From an uncultured beta proteobacterium (GTDB lineage: Bacteria > Pseudomonadota > Gammaproteobacteria > Burkholderiales > SG8-39), in the NCBI GenBank assembly GCA_963810475.1, contig CAWENY010000015.1:399-64398 (forward strand): DNA of 64,000 nucleotides, in the 5' to 3' direction. The notes under the pieces are model-generated. The model was given only the letters and a program-made list of their open reading frames with translations. It was not told the origin of the DNA and ran no database searches. Shown here one piece after another: positions 28,009 through 36,161 of the stretch (its first letter is position 1; each line of letters starts with the position of its first letter). Position numbers and translations under genes: made by a program.

Positions 28009-29259
28009 ATGTTGCGTATCGCCCTGCTGGCTCTCACGCTGATTTGTTGCACCGCATCCGCGGCCGAGATCCGTGTCTGGCATTCCATGAGCGGCGTACG
28101 CGGCACCGAGTTCCAGCGCCTGGTGGCGCGTTTCAACGCGTCGCAGAAGCACTTTCGCGTCGTGGCCACCTACAAGGGCGCGTACGACGAGGCGGTGGTG
28201 GAAGCGTTCACCGCGCGGCGCACGCCCCGCGCACCGCATCTGGTGCAGGCTTCCGAGTTGGGCGCCGCGTTCCTTCTGGAGCAGAAGGACCTGGCGCGGC
28301 CGCTATGGCAGGTTGCGGCCGACTCCGGGGCAGCGCTGAACGTCGAGCCGGCGCTGGGCGGCGCCGAGGAGCTGCTCGACGCCGAGGGCCGCCTGCTCGC
28401 GCTGCCGATCGGGCGCTCGACTCCGGTGCTCTACTGGAACCGCGACGCCTTCCGCGTTGCGATGCTCGATCCCGCCAAGGCACCGGCCACCTGGTACGAG
28501 ATGGTCGCGACCCTGGCGGCGCTGGTGCAGTCGGGCAGCGACTGCGCGCTTACGCTTGCGTGGCCGGCGTCGGCGATGCTCGAGAACATGGCGGCCTGGC
28601 ACAACCAGGCGTTCGCCACCGACCGGCTGGTGTTCAACAACCGCCTGGCGGTGCGTTGGGTGTCGACGCTGGCGACGTGGCGGCAGTCGGGCTACTTCAC
28701 CCAAGCCACGCGCCGCGACGAAGCTGAAGGTCGATTCGCGAACGGCGAATGCGCCGTGCTGGTGGCGTCCTCGGGCAACTACGCCGATCTTCGCAACCGG
28801 GCGAAGTTCGACCTCGGCATTGCGCAGTTTCCCTATTACGACGACTTCGACAGCGCGCCGCTCCACACCCTAGGCTCCGGGACTGCGCTGTGGGTGATGG
28901 CGGGCCGGCCGAAGGCAGACTATGCAGGGGTGGCGCAGTTTCTGGCCTTCTTCGCGCGGCCCGAGGTGCAGGCCGAATGGCACCAAAAAACCGGCCTGAT
29001 CCCGCTGAACGCCGCCGCGTACGAACTCACGCGCAAGCGCGGCTTCTACGCCGCTAACCCGGGGCACGAGGTCGCCCTGCGCCAGCTGCTCAGCCGCGGC
29101 ACGCCCAACTGGAAGAGCCTGCGCCTGGTCCAGCATCCGCGCCTGCGCGGCATCATCGACGAGGAAATCGACCTCGCCTGGCAGGGCAAGAAGACCTCGC
29201 TGGACGCGCTCAACGCCGCGGTCGCGCGCGGCAACGCTTTCCTCGACCAGAAGCGATAG
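28009..29259 (+). CDS. extracellular solute-binding protein family 1 (UgpB-like), orphan
   Basis: Signal peptide MLRIALLALTLICCTASA (ATG 28009; ORF open from 27970). EIRVWHSMSG...FNASQKHFRVV is typical of UgpB-type binding proteins. No permease or ATPase genes adjacent. Confidence 0.8.
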   Translation: MLRIALLALTLICCTASAAEIRVWHSMSGVRGTEFQRLVARFNASQKHFRVVATYKGAYDEAVVEAFTARRTPRAPHLVQASELGAAFLLEQKDLARPLWQVAADSGAALNVEPALGGAEELLDAEGRLLALPIGRSTPVLYWNRDAFRVAMLDPAKAPATWYEMVATLAALVQSGSDCALTLAWPASAMLENMAAWHNQAFATDRLVFNNRLAVRWVSTLATWRQSGYFTQATRRDEAEGRFANGECAVLVASSGNYADLRNRAKFDLGIAQFPYYDDFDSAPLHTLGSGTALWVMAGRPKADYAGVAQFLAFFARPEVQAEWHQKTGLIPLNAAAYELTRKRGFYAANPGHEVALRQLLSRGTPNWKSLRLVQHPRLRGIIDEEIDLAWQGKKTSLDALNAAVARGNAFLDQKR

Positions 29260-29757
29260 CTACTTGTCCGCGAGCAGCCGCTCGATCGCCGAGACAAGGT
29301 TCGGATCGGCGGGATCCACGCGCGTATCGAAGCTCTGCACCTGCTTGCCGCTGCGGTCGATGAGGTACTTGTGGAAGTTCCAGCGCGGCGCCGCGCCGGT
29401 GGCCTTGGCGAGGTCGGCGTAGAGCGGGCTCTTCTTCAGGTCGATCTTCGCGAACATCGGAAAGTCGATCGCGTACTGGTTGACGCAGAACGCGGCGATC
29501 TCCTTGTTCGAGCCCGGCTCCTGGCCGCCGAAATCGTTCGCCGGGAAGCCGAGCACCACCAGGCCGCGCTCGCGGTATTTGCGGTAGAGCGTCTCCAGCC
29601 CTTCGTATTGCGGCGTGTAGCCGCACTCGCTCGCGGTGTTCACCACCAGCACCACCTTGCCGGCGTATTCGCAGAGCGACTGCGGTTTCTCGTGGATCGT
29701 GTCCATGTTGCGGTCGAGCAGGGCGGGGCAGGCGGCCATGGCGTTACCTGCAAACAA
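29260..29757 (-). CDS. glutathione peroxidase (BtuE/Gpx family)
   Basis: VLVVNTASECGYTPQY and LGFPANDFGGQEPG. A Sec signal peptide (MRLFLISLSLV..AGNAMA/ACP) starting at ATG 29785 is recovered if one T of the T3 run (plus-strand AAA at 29752-29754) is removed. Confidence 0.85.
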   Translation of the reverse strand: MFAGNAMAACPALLDRNMDTIHEKPQSLCEYAGKVVLVVNTASECGYTPQYEGLETLYRKYRERGLVVLGFPANDFGGQEPGSNKEIAAFCVNQYAIDFPMFAKIDLKKSPLYADLAKATGAAPRWNFHKYLIDRSGKQVQSFDTRVDPADPNLVSAIERLLADK

Positions 29758-29765
29758 GCGAAAGA

Positions 29766-31142
29766 CTAATAAGGAAGAGGCGCATCGGGCTTGAGCGGCT
29801 GCAATGCCGCGCGGAACTCGCGCTTGATGCGCTCGAGCGCGGCGGCGTTGTCGGCTTCGAAGCGCATCACGATATTGGGCGTGGTGTTGGAGGCACGGGC
29901 AAGCCCGAAGCCGTCAGCGTACTCGACGCGCACGCCGTCCACCGTGACCACGCGCTCGCGCGCCGGGAAAGGGCTTGCCCTTTTGCAGCTTCGCCACCAG
30001 CGCGTGCGGCTCGCCTTCCTCCAGCGCCCAGTGCAGCTCCGGGCGTCGACGGCGCATTCGGCAGGTTTTTCAGCGCGTGCGTTGGCATCTGTCTCTTTGG
30101 AGAGCACTTCCAGCAACCGCGCTCCGCCATATAGCGCATCGTCGAAGCCGTACCAGCGCTCCTTGAAGAAGGTGTGGCCCGACATCTCGCCCGCGAGCAG
30201 CGCGCCGGTCTCCTTCAGCTTGGCCTTGATCAGCGAATGCCCGGTCTTCCACAAGCAGCGGCTTGCCGCCGTGGCGCTCGATCCACGGCGCCAGCAGCCG
30301 GGTGCTCTTCACGTCGTAGATGATCTCCGCGCCGGGGTTGCGGCTGAGCACGTCCTTGGCAAGCAGCATGAGCTGCCGGTCGGCGAAGATGATTTCGCCG
30401 TCCTTGGTGACCACGCCGAGGCGGTCGCCGTCGCCGTCGAAGGCGAGGCCGAGCTCGGCCTTCCCGTTTTCAGCGTCTTGATCAGCTCGACCAGATTCTC
30501 GGGCTGAGCGGGGTCGGGGTGATGGTTGGGAAAGGTGCCGTCGACCTCGCAGAAAAGCTCGGTGACCTCGCAGCCCAGGCGCTGGAACAGGCGTGGCGCC
30601 AGCATGCCGGCGACGCCGTTGCCGCAGTCGATCGCGACATGGAATTTGCGCGCCAGCTTGACGTCGCCCGCGACCCGCTCGACGTAGGCGTCCAGCACAT
30701 CGGCCGTGGTTTTCTTCCCGGCGCCGGTGGCGAACTTGCGCTGCTCGATGCGTTTTCTCAAGTCCTGGATAGCGTCGCCGTACAGGGCGTCGCCGCCGAC
30801 CACCATCTTCAGGCCGTTGTATTGCGGCGGGTTGTGGCTGCCGCTGACGGCGACGCAGCTGCCGCAGCCCAGATGATGCGCGGCGAAGTAGGCGAGCGGG
30901 GTCGGGCCCATGCCGATGTCGATGGCGTTGGCGCCGGCGGACACCAGCCCTTCCATGAGGGCATCGGCCAACTCGGGTCCGGACAGCCGCCCGTCGCGGC
31001 ACACCGCGAAGGTGGCGGCGCCGCGCTCGCGGCCCACCGAGCCGAGCGCGCGGCCGATGTCGCGCACACCCTCGGCGGTCAGCGAGCGGCCGACGATGCC
31101 GCGGATGTCGTAGGCGCGGAAGATTTCTGCGGGGATGGTCAC
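29766..31142 (-). pseudogene. algC: phosphomannomutase/phosphoglucomutase (AlgC/ManB family) with at least 5 frameshifts as read
   Basis: The protein can be followed through three frames. It runs VTIPAEIFRAYDIRG..VAVSGSHNPPQYNG..FPNHHPDPAQPENLVELIK, shift, AENGKAELGLAFDGDGDRLGVV..ERHGGKPL, shift, WKTGHSLIKAKLKETGALLAGEMSGH..LLEVLSKETDAN, then three shifts across ALKNLPNAPSTP / ELHWALEEGEPHALVAKLQKGKPFP / RERVVTVDGVRVEY..RASNTTPNIVMRFEAD. GTG 31142 forms a GTGA overlap with the upstream stop. Confidence 0.85.
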
Positions 31143-32068
31143 GGGTCGAGGAATTCCAGGAGACGTTGCGGAAGCCAGGAACGGCCGGGGAATGGCCCGG
31201 AGAGGAATCCGGCATGGCCTCCGGTGCGCGGAAATTCTAGCACCACGCTCGGCGAGGCCTTGCGCGACGCGGCGAGCAAAGCATGCTCCGGCAGGAACGG
31301 GTCGTTGCGCGCATTGAGTAACAATGTCGGCACCCGGATGCGCTCGAGCCAAGGTCCGCTCGACGCCGCGCTCCAATAGTGGTCGACGTCGCGGAAGCCG
31401 TGCAGCGGCGCGGTCACCAGGTTGTCGAACTCGCGGAAGGTGCGCGCGGCGCGCACCGTTGCCGCATCGTAGAGGCCGGGGAACATCTGCAGCTTGGCAA
31501 GGGACTTCGGCCTCAGCGTGGCGAGGAAGTGCCTGGTGTATAGCAGGCGGTTGAGGCCGCGGTCCAGCGTCTTCCCGGCGGCGGCGAGATCGATCGGCGC
31601 CGAGATTGCCGCGGCGCGCCGCACGAGGGTGTGGGCGTCTTCGCCACGCTCGCCGAGCCATTTCAGCAGCGCGTTGCCGCCGAGCGAGATACCCGCCACG
31701 CACAGCGGCGCACCGAGCGTGCGCAACACCCAGTCGATTTCCGCCGTGTCGCCCGAGTGATAGGCGCGTGGCGTGCGGTTCGGTTCGCCGGAGCAGCCGC
31801 GAAAATGCGCGATGGCGACCCGCCAGCCGTGAGCGGCGAAATGCGCGGCGATGGCGCGCGCGTAGTGGCTGTCGGCCGACCCCTCGAGGCCATGGAACAG
31901 CACGAGGCGCCGCGCCGCCGCCGCGTCGCCGGCAAAGTCCACGTCGATGAAATCGCCGTCGGGCGTGTCCCAGCGCTCGCGCGCAAGGCGCAGGCGCGGC
32001 GGCGGGCGCAGCGCGGCGTAAATGGTCTGCAGATGGCCGCCGGGCAGCCACCACGGTGCGGCGTACAT
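31139..32068 (-). CDS. alpha/beta-fold hydrolase (YheT-like)
   Basis: WWLPGGHLQTIY, LVLFHGLEGS, HFRGCSGEPN, nucleophile elbow GISLGGN. 309 aa. Confidence 0.85.
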   Translation of the reverse strand: MYAAPWWLPGGHLQTIYAALRPPPRLRLARERWDTPDGDFIDVDFAGDAAAARRLVLFHGLEGSADSHYARAIAAHFAAHGWRVAIAHFRGCSGEPNRTPRAYHSGDTAEIDWVLRTLGAPLCVAGISLGGNALLKWLGERGEDAHTLVRRAAAISAPIDLAAAGKTLDRGLNRLLYTRHFLATLRPKSLAKLQMFPGLYDAATVRAARTFREFDNLVTAPLHGFRDVDHYWSAASSGPWLERIRVPTLLLNARNDPFLPEHALLAASRKASPSVVLEFPRTGGHAGFLSGPFPGRSWLPQRLLEFLDP

Positions 32069-32518
32069 CTAGTGGAAGATTTTAGGCGGAGCGTCGCGCG
32101 GCGCCGGCGGCGGCTGCGCGGGCGCCGGCGAGGCATGGTGCACGATCATGCGCCAGCCGGCTGCGGTGCGCAGGTAGACGTTGGTCGCGACGATCGGTGG
32201 CGGCTGGCGCTGTTCTCCGCCGGGGGGCTTGCCCTCGATGGTGAAGGTTTCGAACACGCTATGCACCGCCAGCATCATTCCGCTGATCGCCACCTGCTGC
32301 TCGATGCGCACCCGCGCATGCGGCCCGGCGGCGAACATCTTGGCCCAGCTCTCGCGCACTTCGTCCTGCCCGCTGAGGCGCGCGCCCGCAGGGTGCACGC
32401 ACACGATGTCCTCGTCCTCGGCCCACACCGCCATCATGCCCTCGAGGTCGCAGCGCTCGAGCGCTTCGTAGAAAGCATTTTCAGCGTCCTGCGCGGTGGG
32501 AAAGATCTTGGTGGTCAC
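32069..32518 (-). CDS. NTF2/SnoaL-like fold protein (DUF4440-like)
   Basis: GTG 32518 forms a GTGA overlap with the waaF stop. AENAFYEALERCDLEGMMAVWAEDEDIVCVHPAG..L.G..EVRESW pattern. The Pro-rich tail is uncertain. Confidence 0.7.
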   Translation of the reverse strand: MTTKIFPTAQDAENAFYEALERCDLEGMMAVWAEDEDIVCVHPAGARLSGQDEVRESWAKMFAAGPHARVRIEQQVAISGMMLAVHSVFETFTIEGKPPGGEQRQPPPIVATNVYLRTAAGWRMIVHHASPAPAQPPPAPRDAPPKIFH

Positions 32519-33444
32519 AAAACCTTCAACACGTGGTCGACGCTGATTTCCTTCATGCAACGAAAATGTCCGAGCGGACATTCCCGAGCGAAGCATGGGC
32601 TGCATTCCAGGCGCAGCCAGAGGACGCGCGCATTGGCGGAAGCCGGCGGCGTGTGCTCCGGGCTGGAGGAGCCGAAAAGCGCCACCTGCGGGCGGCCGAG
32701 GGCGGCAGCGACATGCATCAGGCCCGAATCGTTGCTGACGACCAGCGCCGCGCCGGCGATGAGCCGGATCGCCTCGTCGAGCGTGGTGCGGCCGACCAGG
32801 TCCTTGCCGCCGATGCCGGCCGCCGCTTCGCGATCGCTGGCGGAGCCGAGGACCACCGACGGCATCGGCATGCGCGCGGCGAGCTCTTTGAAGTACGGCC
32901 AGCGCTTGGCCGGGCCGTACTCGGCCCCCGGGCAAAGCACCGCGTAAGGGCCGGCGATGCCGAAGCGCTGTTGCGCCTCGGCGATTTCGTCCGTGGACAC
33001 AGCAAGGCGCGGTGGCGCCAGTGCGCCCTTCAGCGGCCCGGCAAGCCGCGCATAGTGCTGCGGCATCGGCGACTTCGAGTTGGGAAGGGTCGAGTTCAGC
33101 AAGCCGTAGCGCAGTTCGCCCACATAACCCGCGCGCTGCGGGATGCCGGCGAGGAACGGAACCAGCGCCGACTTCCAGCTGTTCGGCAGCACGATGGCGC
33201 GATCATAGCCGCGCGCGGCTATGGCGCGCGACAGGCGCCAGCGTTCGCCGAGCTGCAGCGCACCGTGGCGGTAGGGCATCGCGATGACGTGGTCGACCTC
33301 CGGCATGCGCCGCAGCACGGCCGCCACCCATTCCGGCGCCAGCACCTCGATCTTCGCGCCCGCATCCTTCAATCGCGACAGCAGGGGCTGCGCCATCAGC
33401 GCGTCCCCGATCCAGTTTGGCGCGACGACTAGGGTGCGCGACAA
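32515..33444 (-). CDS. waaF: ADP-heptose--LPS heptosyltransferase II
   Basis: TLVVAPNWIGDALMAQPLL, VLCPGAEYGPAKRWP, VSNDSGLMHVAAALGRP. The ilvE/Zn-finger/waaF order is conserved in Betaproteobacteria. Confidence 0.85.
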   Translation of the reverse strand: MSRTLVVAPNWIGDALMAQPLLSRLKDAGAKIEVLAPEWVAAVLRRMPEVDHVIAMPYRHGALQLGERWRLSRAIAARGYDRAIVLPNSWKSALVPFLAGIPQRAGYVGELRYGLLNSTLPNSKSPMPQHYARLAGPLKGALAPPRLAVSTDEIAEAQQRFGIAGPYAVLCPGAEYGPAKRWPYFKELAARMPMPSVVLGSASDREAAAGIGGKDLVGRTTLDEAIRLIAGAALVVSNDSGLMHVAAALGRPQVALFGSSSPEHTPPASANARVLWLRLECSPCFARECPLGHFRCMKEISVDHVLKVL

Positions 33445-33630
33445 CTAATGGCCTTTGACGGGTGCTCCCTTGTACACATAACGCGTCCCGCAGTAGGGAC
33501 AAAGGCATTCGCCTTCCTTTGCCACGTCCAGGAACACGCGCGGGTGCAGCGCCCACAGCGCCGTGCCCGGGGTCGGGCAGTGCAGCGGCAGGTCCTTCTC
33601 GGTCACTTCGATTTGACGGGGGTCAGCCAT
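33445..33630 (-). CDS. zinc-finger (CHCC-type) domain protein
   Basis: 61 aa. LHCPTPG...CLCPYCGTRY. Conserved small gene between ilvE and waaF. Confidence 0.8.
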   Translation of the reverse strand: MADPRQIEVTEKDLPLHCPTPGTALWALHPRVFLDVAKEGECLCPYCGTRYVYKGAPVKGH

Positions 33631-34559
33631 TGGCGGTGCTTTTTGTCCTTGCCGGTGACGACGTCAAAAAAGGCTTTCTGGATCGCCTTGGTCACCGGCC
33701 CGGCCTTGCCTTCGCCGATGATACGGCCGTCGAGCTCACGGATGGGCGTAACTTCGGCGGCGGTGCCGGTAAAGAAGGCTTCGTCGGCAATGTAGATGTC
33801 GTCCCGGGTGAGGCGCTTGGCGCGCACTTCATAGCCGAGGCCGGTGGCGAGCTCGATCACCGAAGTGCGCGTGATGCCGGTGAGGGCCGAGGTGAGCTCG
33901 GGTTCCCACAGCTTGCCGTCCTTGACGATGAAGATGTTCTCGCCCGCGCCTTCGGCCACGAACCCGTCGACGTCGAGCAGCAATCCTTCATCGTAGCCGT
34001 GCATCGTGGCTTCCAGCGTGGCGAGCACCGAGTTCGGGTAGGTGCCGGACATCTTGGCGCGCGCCATGGTGACGTTGATGTGGTGGCGCGCGTACGAAGA
34101 AGTCTTGACCCGGATGCCTTTGGCCAGCGCGTCGGGGCCGAGGTAGGCGCCCCAGGGCCAGGCCGCGATCGCGACGTGCACCTGGGCGCCGACCGGCGAG
34201 ACGCCCATCTTCTCCGAGCCGTAGAAGGCGATCGGGCGGATGTAGCAGGCCTCGTGGCCGTTGGCGCGCACCACCTCGAGCTGCGCCTCCATCAGGCGCT
34301 CGCGCGTGAACGGAATCTTCATCATGTAGATGTGCGCCGAGGAGAACAGGCGGTCGGTGTGCTCCTTCAGCCGGAAGATGGCGGTGCCGATCTCGGTCTT
34401 GTACGCGCGCACGCCTTCGAACACCGCCAGGCCGTAGTGCAGCGAATGGGTGAGGACGTGGGTGGTGGCCGAGCGCCACTCGACCAGCTTGCCGTCGTAC
34501 CAGATCTTGCCGTCGCGGTCCGCCATCGACAGCGGTGCCGCGGCTTTCGTTCTTGCCAT
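33603..34559 (-). CDS. ilvE: branched-chain amino acid aminotransferase
   Basis: SMADRDGKIWYDGKLV, HSLHYGLAVFEGVRAY, AEGAGENIFIVKDGKL, GITR. Start taken at ATG 34559 (GGAGA about 10 nt upstream). ATG 34526 is an alternative. Confidence 0.9.
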   Translation of the reverse strand: MARTKAAAPLSMADRDGKIWYDGKLVEWRSATTHVLTHSLHYGLAVFEGVRAYKTEIGTAIFRLKEHTDRLFSSAHIYMMKIPFTRERLMEAQLEVVRANGHEACYIRPIAFYGSEKMGVSPVGAQVHVAIAAWPWGAYLGPDALAKGIRVKTSSYARHHINVTMARAKMSGTYPNSVLATLEATMHGYDEGLLLDVDGFVAEGAGENIFIVKDGKLWEPELTSALTGITRTSVIELATGLGYEVRAKRLTRDDIYIADEAFFTGTAAEVTPIRELDGRIIGEGKAGPVTKAIQKAFFDVVTGKDKKHRQWLTPVKSK

Positions 34560-34615
34560 GTTGGACGCGTCTCCCTGGGGCGGCCATCTAATCACAAGGC
34601 CCAGAAATCCGCCAT

Positions 34616-34639
34616 ACTGTTAACGTGCAGGTTAACAGT
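34616..34639 (+). promoter_or_regulatory. 9-bp perfect inverted repeat (ACTGTTAAC-N6-GTTAACAGT) over the ArsR-family start codon; candidate operator
   Basis: The arms are exact reverse complements. The 6-nt spacer GTGCAG contains the GTG start at 34625. A CATACT -10-like hexamer lies at 34613-34618. Confidence 0.5.
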
Positions 34640-34957
34640 CAGACGCCGCATCCCCAGCGCGTGTTCTACGCGCTCGCCTCGTTGCCGCGCCGGCGCATCA
34701 TCGCGTTTCTGTCGCAGACCGCGCTGTCGACCGCCGACCTCGCCGAGCGCTTCGCCATGAGCCGGCCGGCGATCTCGCGCCATCTCTCGGTGCTCGAGCG
34801 CGCCGGCCTGATCGCCGGCGAGCGCCAGGGACAGCGCGTGCTCTATCGGCTCAAGCGTGACGCATTGCTCGGCGCCCTGGCGCGCTTCGCCTCTGAAGTC
34901 GACGGCCCGTTGCGGCACGCGCCGCAAGCTGGTAGGAATCCGCGGGATGCGATCTAG
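34625..34957 (+). CDS. ArsR/SmtB-family transcriptional regulator
   Basis: Winged HTH: RRRIIAFLSQTALSTADLAERFAMSRPAISRHLSVLERAGLIAGERQGQRVLYRL. GTG start with no Shine-Dalgarno sequence. Confidence 0.85.
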   Translation: MQVNSQTPHPQRVFYALASLPRRRIIAFLSQTALSTADLAERFAMSRPAISRHLSVLERAGLIAGERQGQRVLYRLKRDALLGALARFASEVDGPLRHAPQAGRNPRDAI

Positions 34958-35736
34958 CGCGCTTCCACTTCTGCTCGTATTGGTATTGGCCGCCGGCTGC
35001 GCCAGCGTTCCGGACGACTCGCTGGTCTGGTCCGAGCGCCTCGCGCGCACGCTGGAGCGCGAGAGCGGCGAGGTGGTGGAAGTGGCCGGATTTTCGCGCC
35101 TGCGTTCCGGCGACGCGCCGCAGCCCTGGGAGCCGTGGCTCATCGTGCCGGGCAACGCGCCGACGAAGTACCGGCTCGCCGAGGTCGACGGCGTGGTCGC
35201 GCTCGAGGCCGAGGGGACGGAAGGCGGCTCGGGCATGACGCGCAACATCCGCATCAACCCGCACACCCACCCGGTGATCGAATGGCGCTGGCGCGTGCCG
35301 GCGCCCGAGGCGGGAAGCCCGCCTGCTCAGCGTGACTTCGAAGGCGAGCCCGATGGCGCGCCTGTCGCTCGCCTTTCACGGCGATCCGGACAAGCTGGAC
35401 TTCGAGGACCGCGTCAAGCTGCGCATGGCCAAGGCGCTCACCGTCAACGGCTTGCCGTACGCCTCGCTGCTTTACGTCTGGATGGTGAACGTGCCGCTGG
35501 ACACCGTGCTGCATAGCCCGCACACCGATCGCGTGCGCCTAATCGTGGCCGAGAGCGGCGCGCAGCGCGCCGGCCAGTGGATCAGCGTGCGGCGCAACGT
35601 GGCCGAGGATTTTCGCCGCGCCTTCGGCGAGGAGCCGGGCGATATCGTCGCCGTGGGCCTGATGACCGATCACGGCGACGACGGCTCGCGCCGTCGCACC
35701 TTCTACGGCGACATCACCTTTCGGAGCGCTCCATGA
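34947..35736 (+). pseudogene. DUF3047-family lipoprotein, one frameshift as read
   Basis: Lipobox LVLVLAAGC. The N-terminal half (..TKYRLAEVDGVVALEAEG..HPVIEWRWRV) is in one frame. The C-terminal half (ARLSLAF..LLYVWMVN..WISVRRNVAEDFRRAFGEEPGDIVAVGLMTDHGDDG..FYGDITF) is in another. The junction lies near 35300-35335. Confidence 0.65.
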
Positions 35737-36161
35737 ACAACAATGGCTTGAGGTTCTCCTCGATCGCGCGCCGCATCGCATTGCTGGCCGGGCGGCCGTC
35801 GATCTTCGTCGCCGCGCTGGCGATCATCGTGCTATGGGGGCTGTCGGGACCGTTCTTCGGCTTCAGCGACACGTGGCAGCTCCTGGTCAACACCTCCACC
35901 ACCATCGTCACCTTCCTGATGGTGTTCATCATCCAGAACACCCAGAACCGCGATACCGCGGCGATCCAGCTCAAGCTCGACGAGCTGATCCGCGCCACGC
36001 AGGGCGCGCACAACGCGCTGCTCAACCTCGAGCAGATCGACGACGAGCAGTTCGAGCGCTACCGGCGCAGCTACGAGAAGCTGGCCGCGGCCGCGCGCAA
36101 GAAGCTGGCCGCGGGCGAACTCGACACCGATTCGCCGGAGATCAAGCAGCTCGGGCGGTAA
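35733..36161 (+). CDS. low-affinity iron permease family protein
   Basis: ATGA overlap with the upstream stop. TWQLLVNTSTTIVTFLMVFIIQNTQNRDTAAIQLKLDELIRA is the family hallmark. Confidence 0.75.
   Translation: MNNNGLRFSSIARRIALLAGRPSIFVAALAIIVLWGLSGPFFGFSDTWQLLVNTSTTIVTFLMVFIIQNTQNRDTAAIQLKLDELIRATQGAHNALLNLEQIDDEQFERYRRSYEKLAAAARKKLAAGELDTDSPEIKQLGR

Noticed and set aside
30309-32054. 581-aa minus-strand ORF spanning the hydrolase gene and the algC 5' part
   Set aside because: It is chimeric. Only its last ~220 codons (from GTG 31142) are real AlgC sequence. The upstream part is an out-of-frame read through the alpha/beta hydrolase gene.
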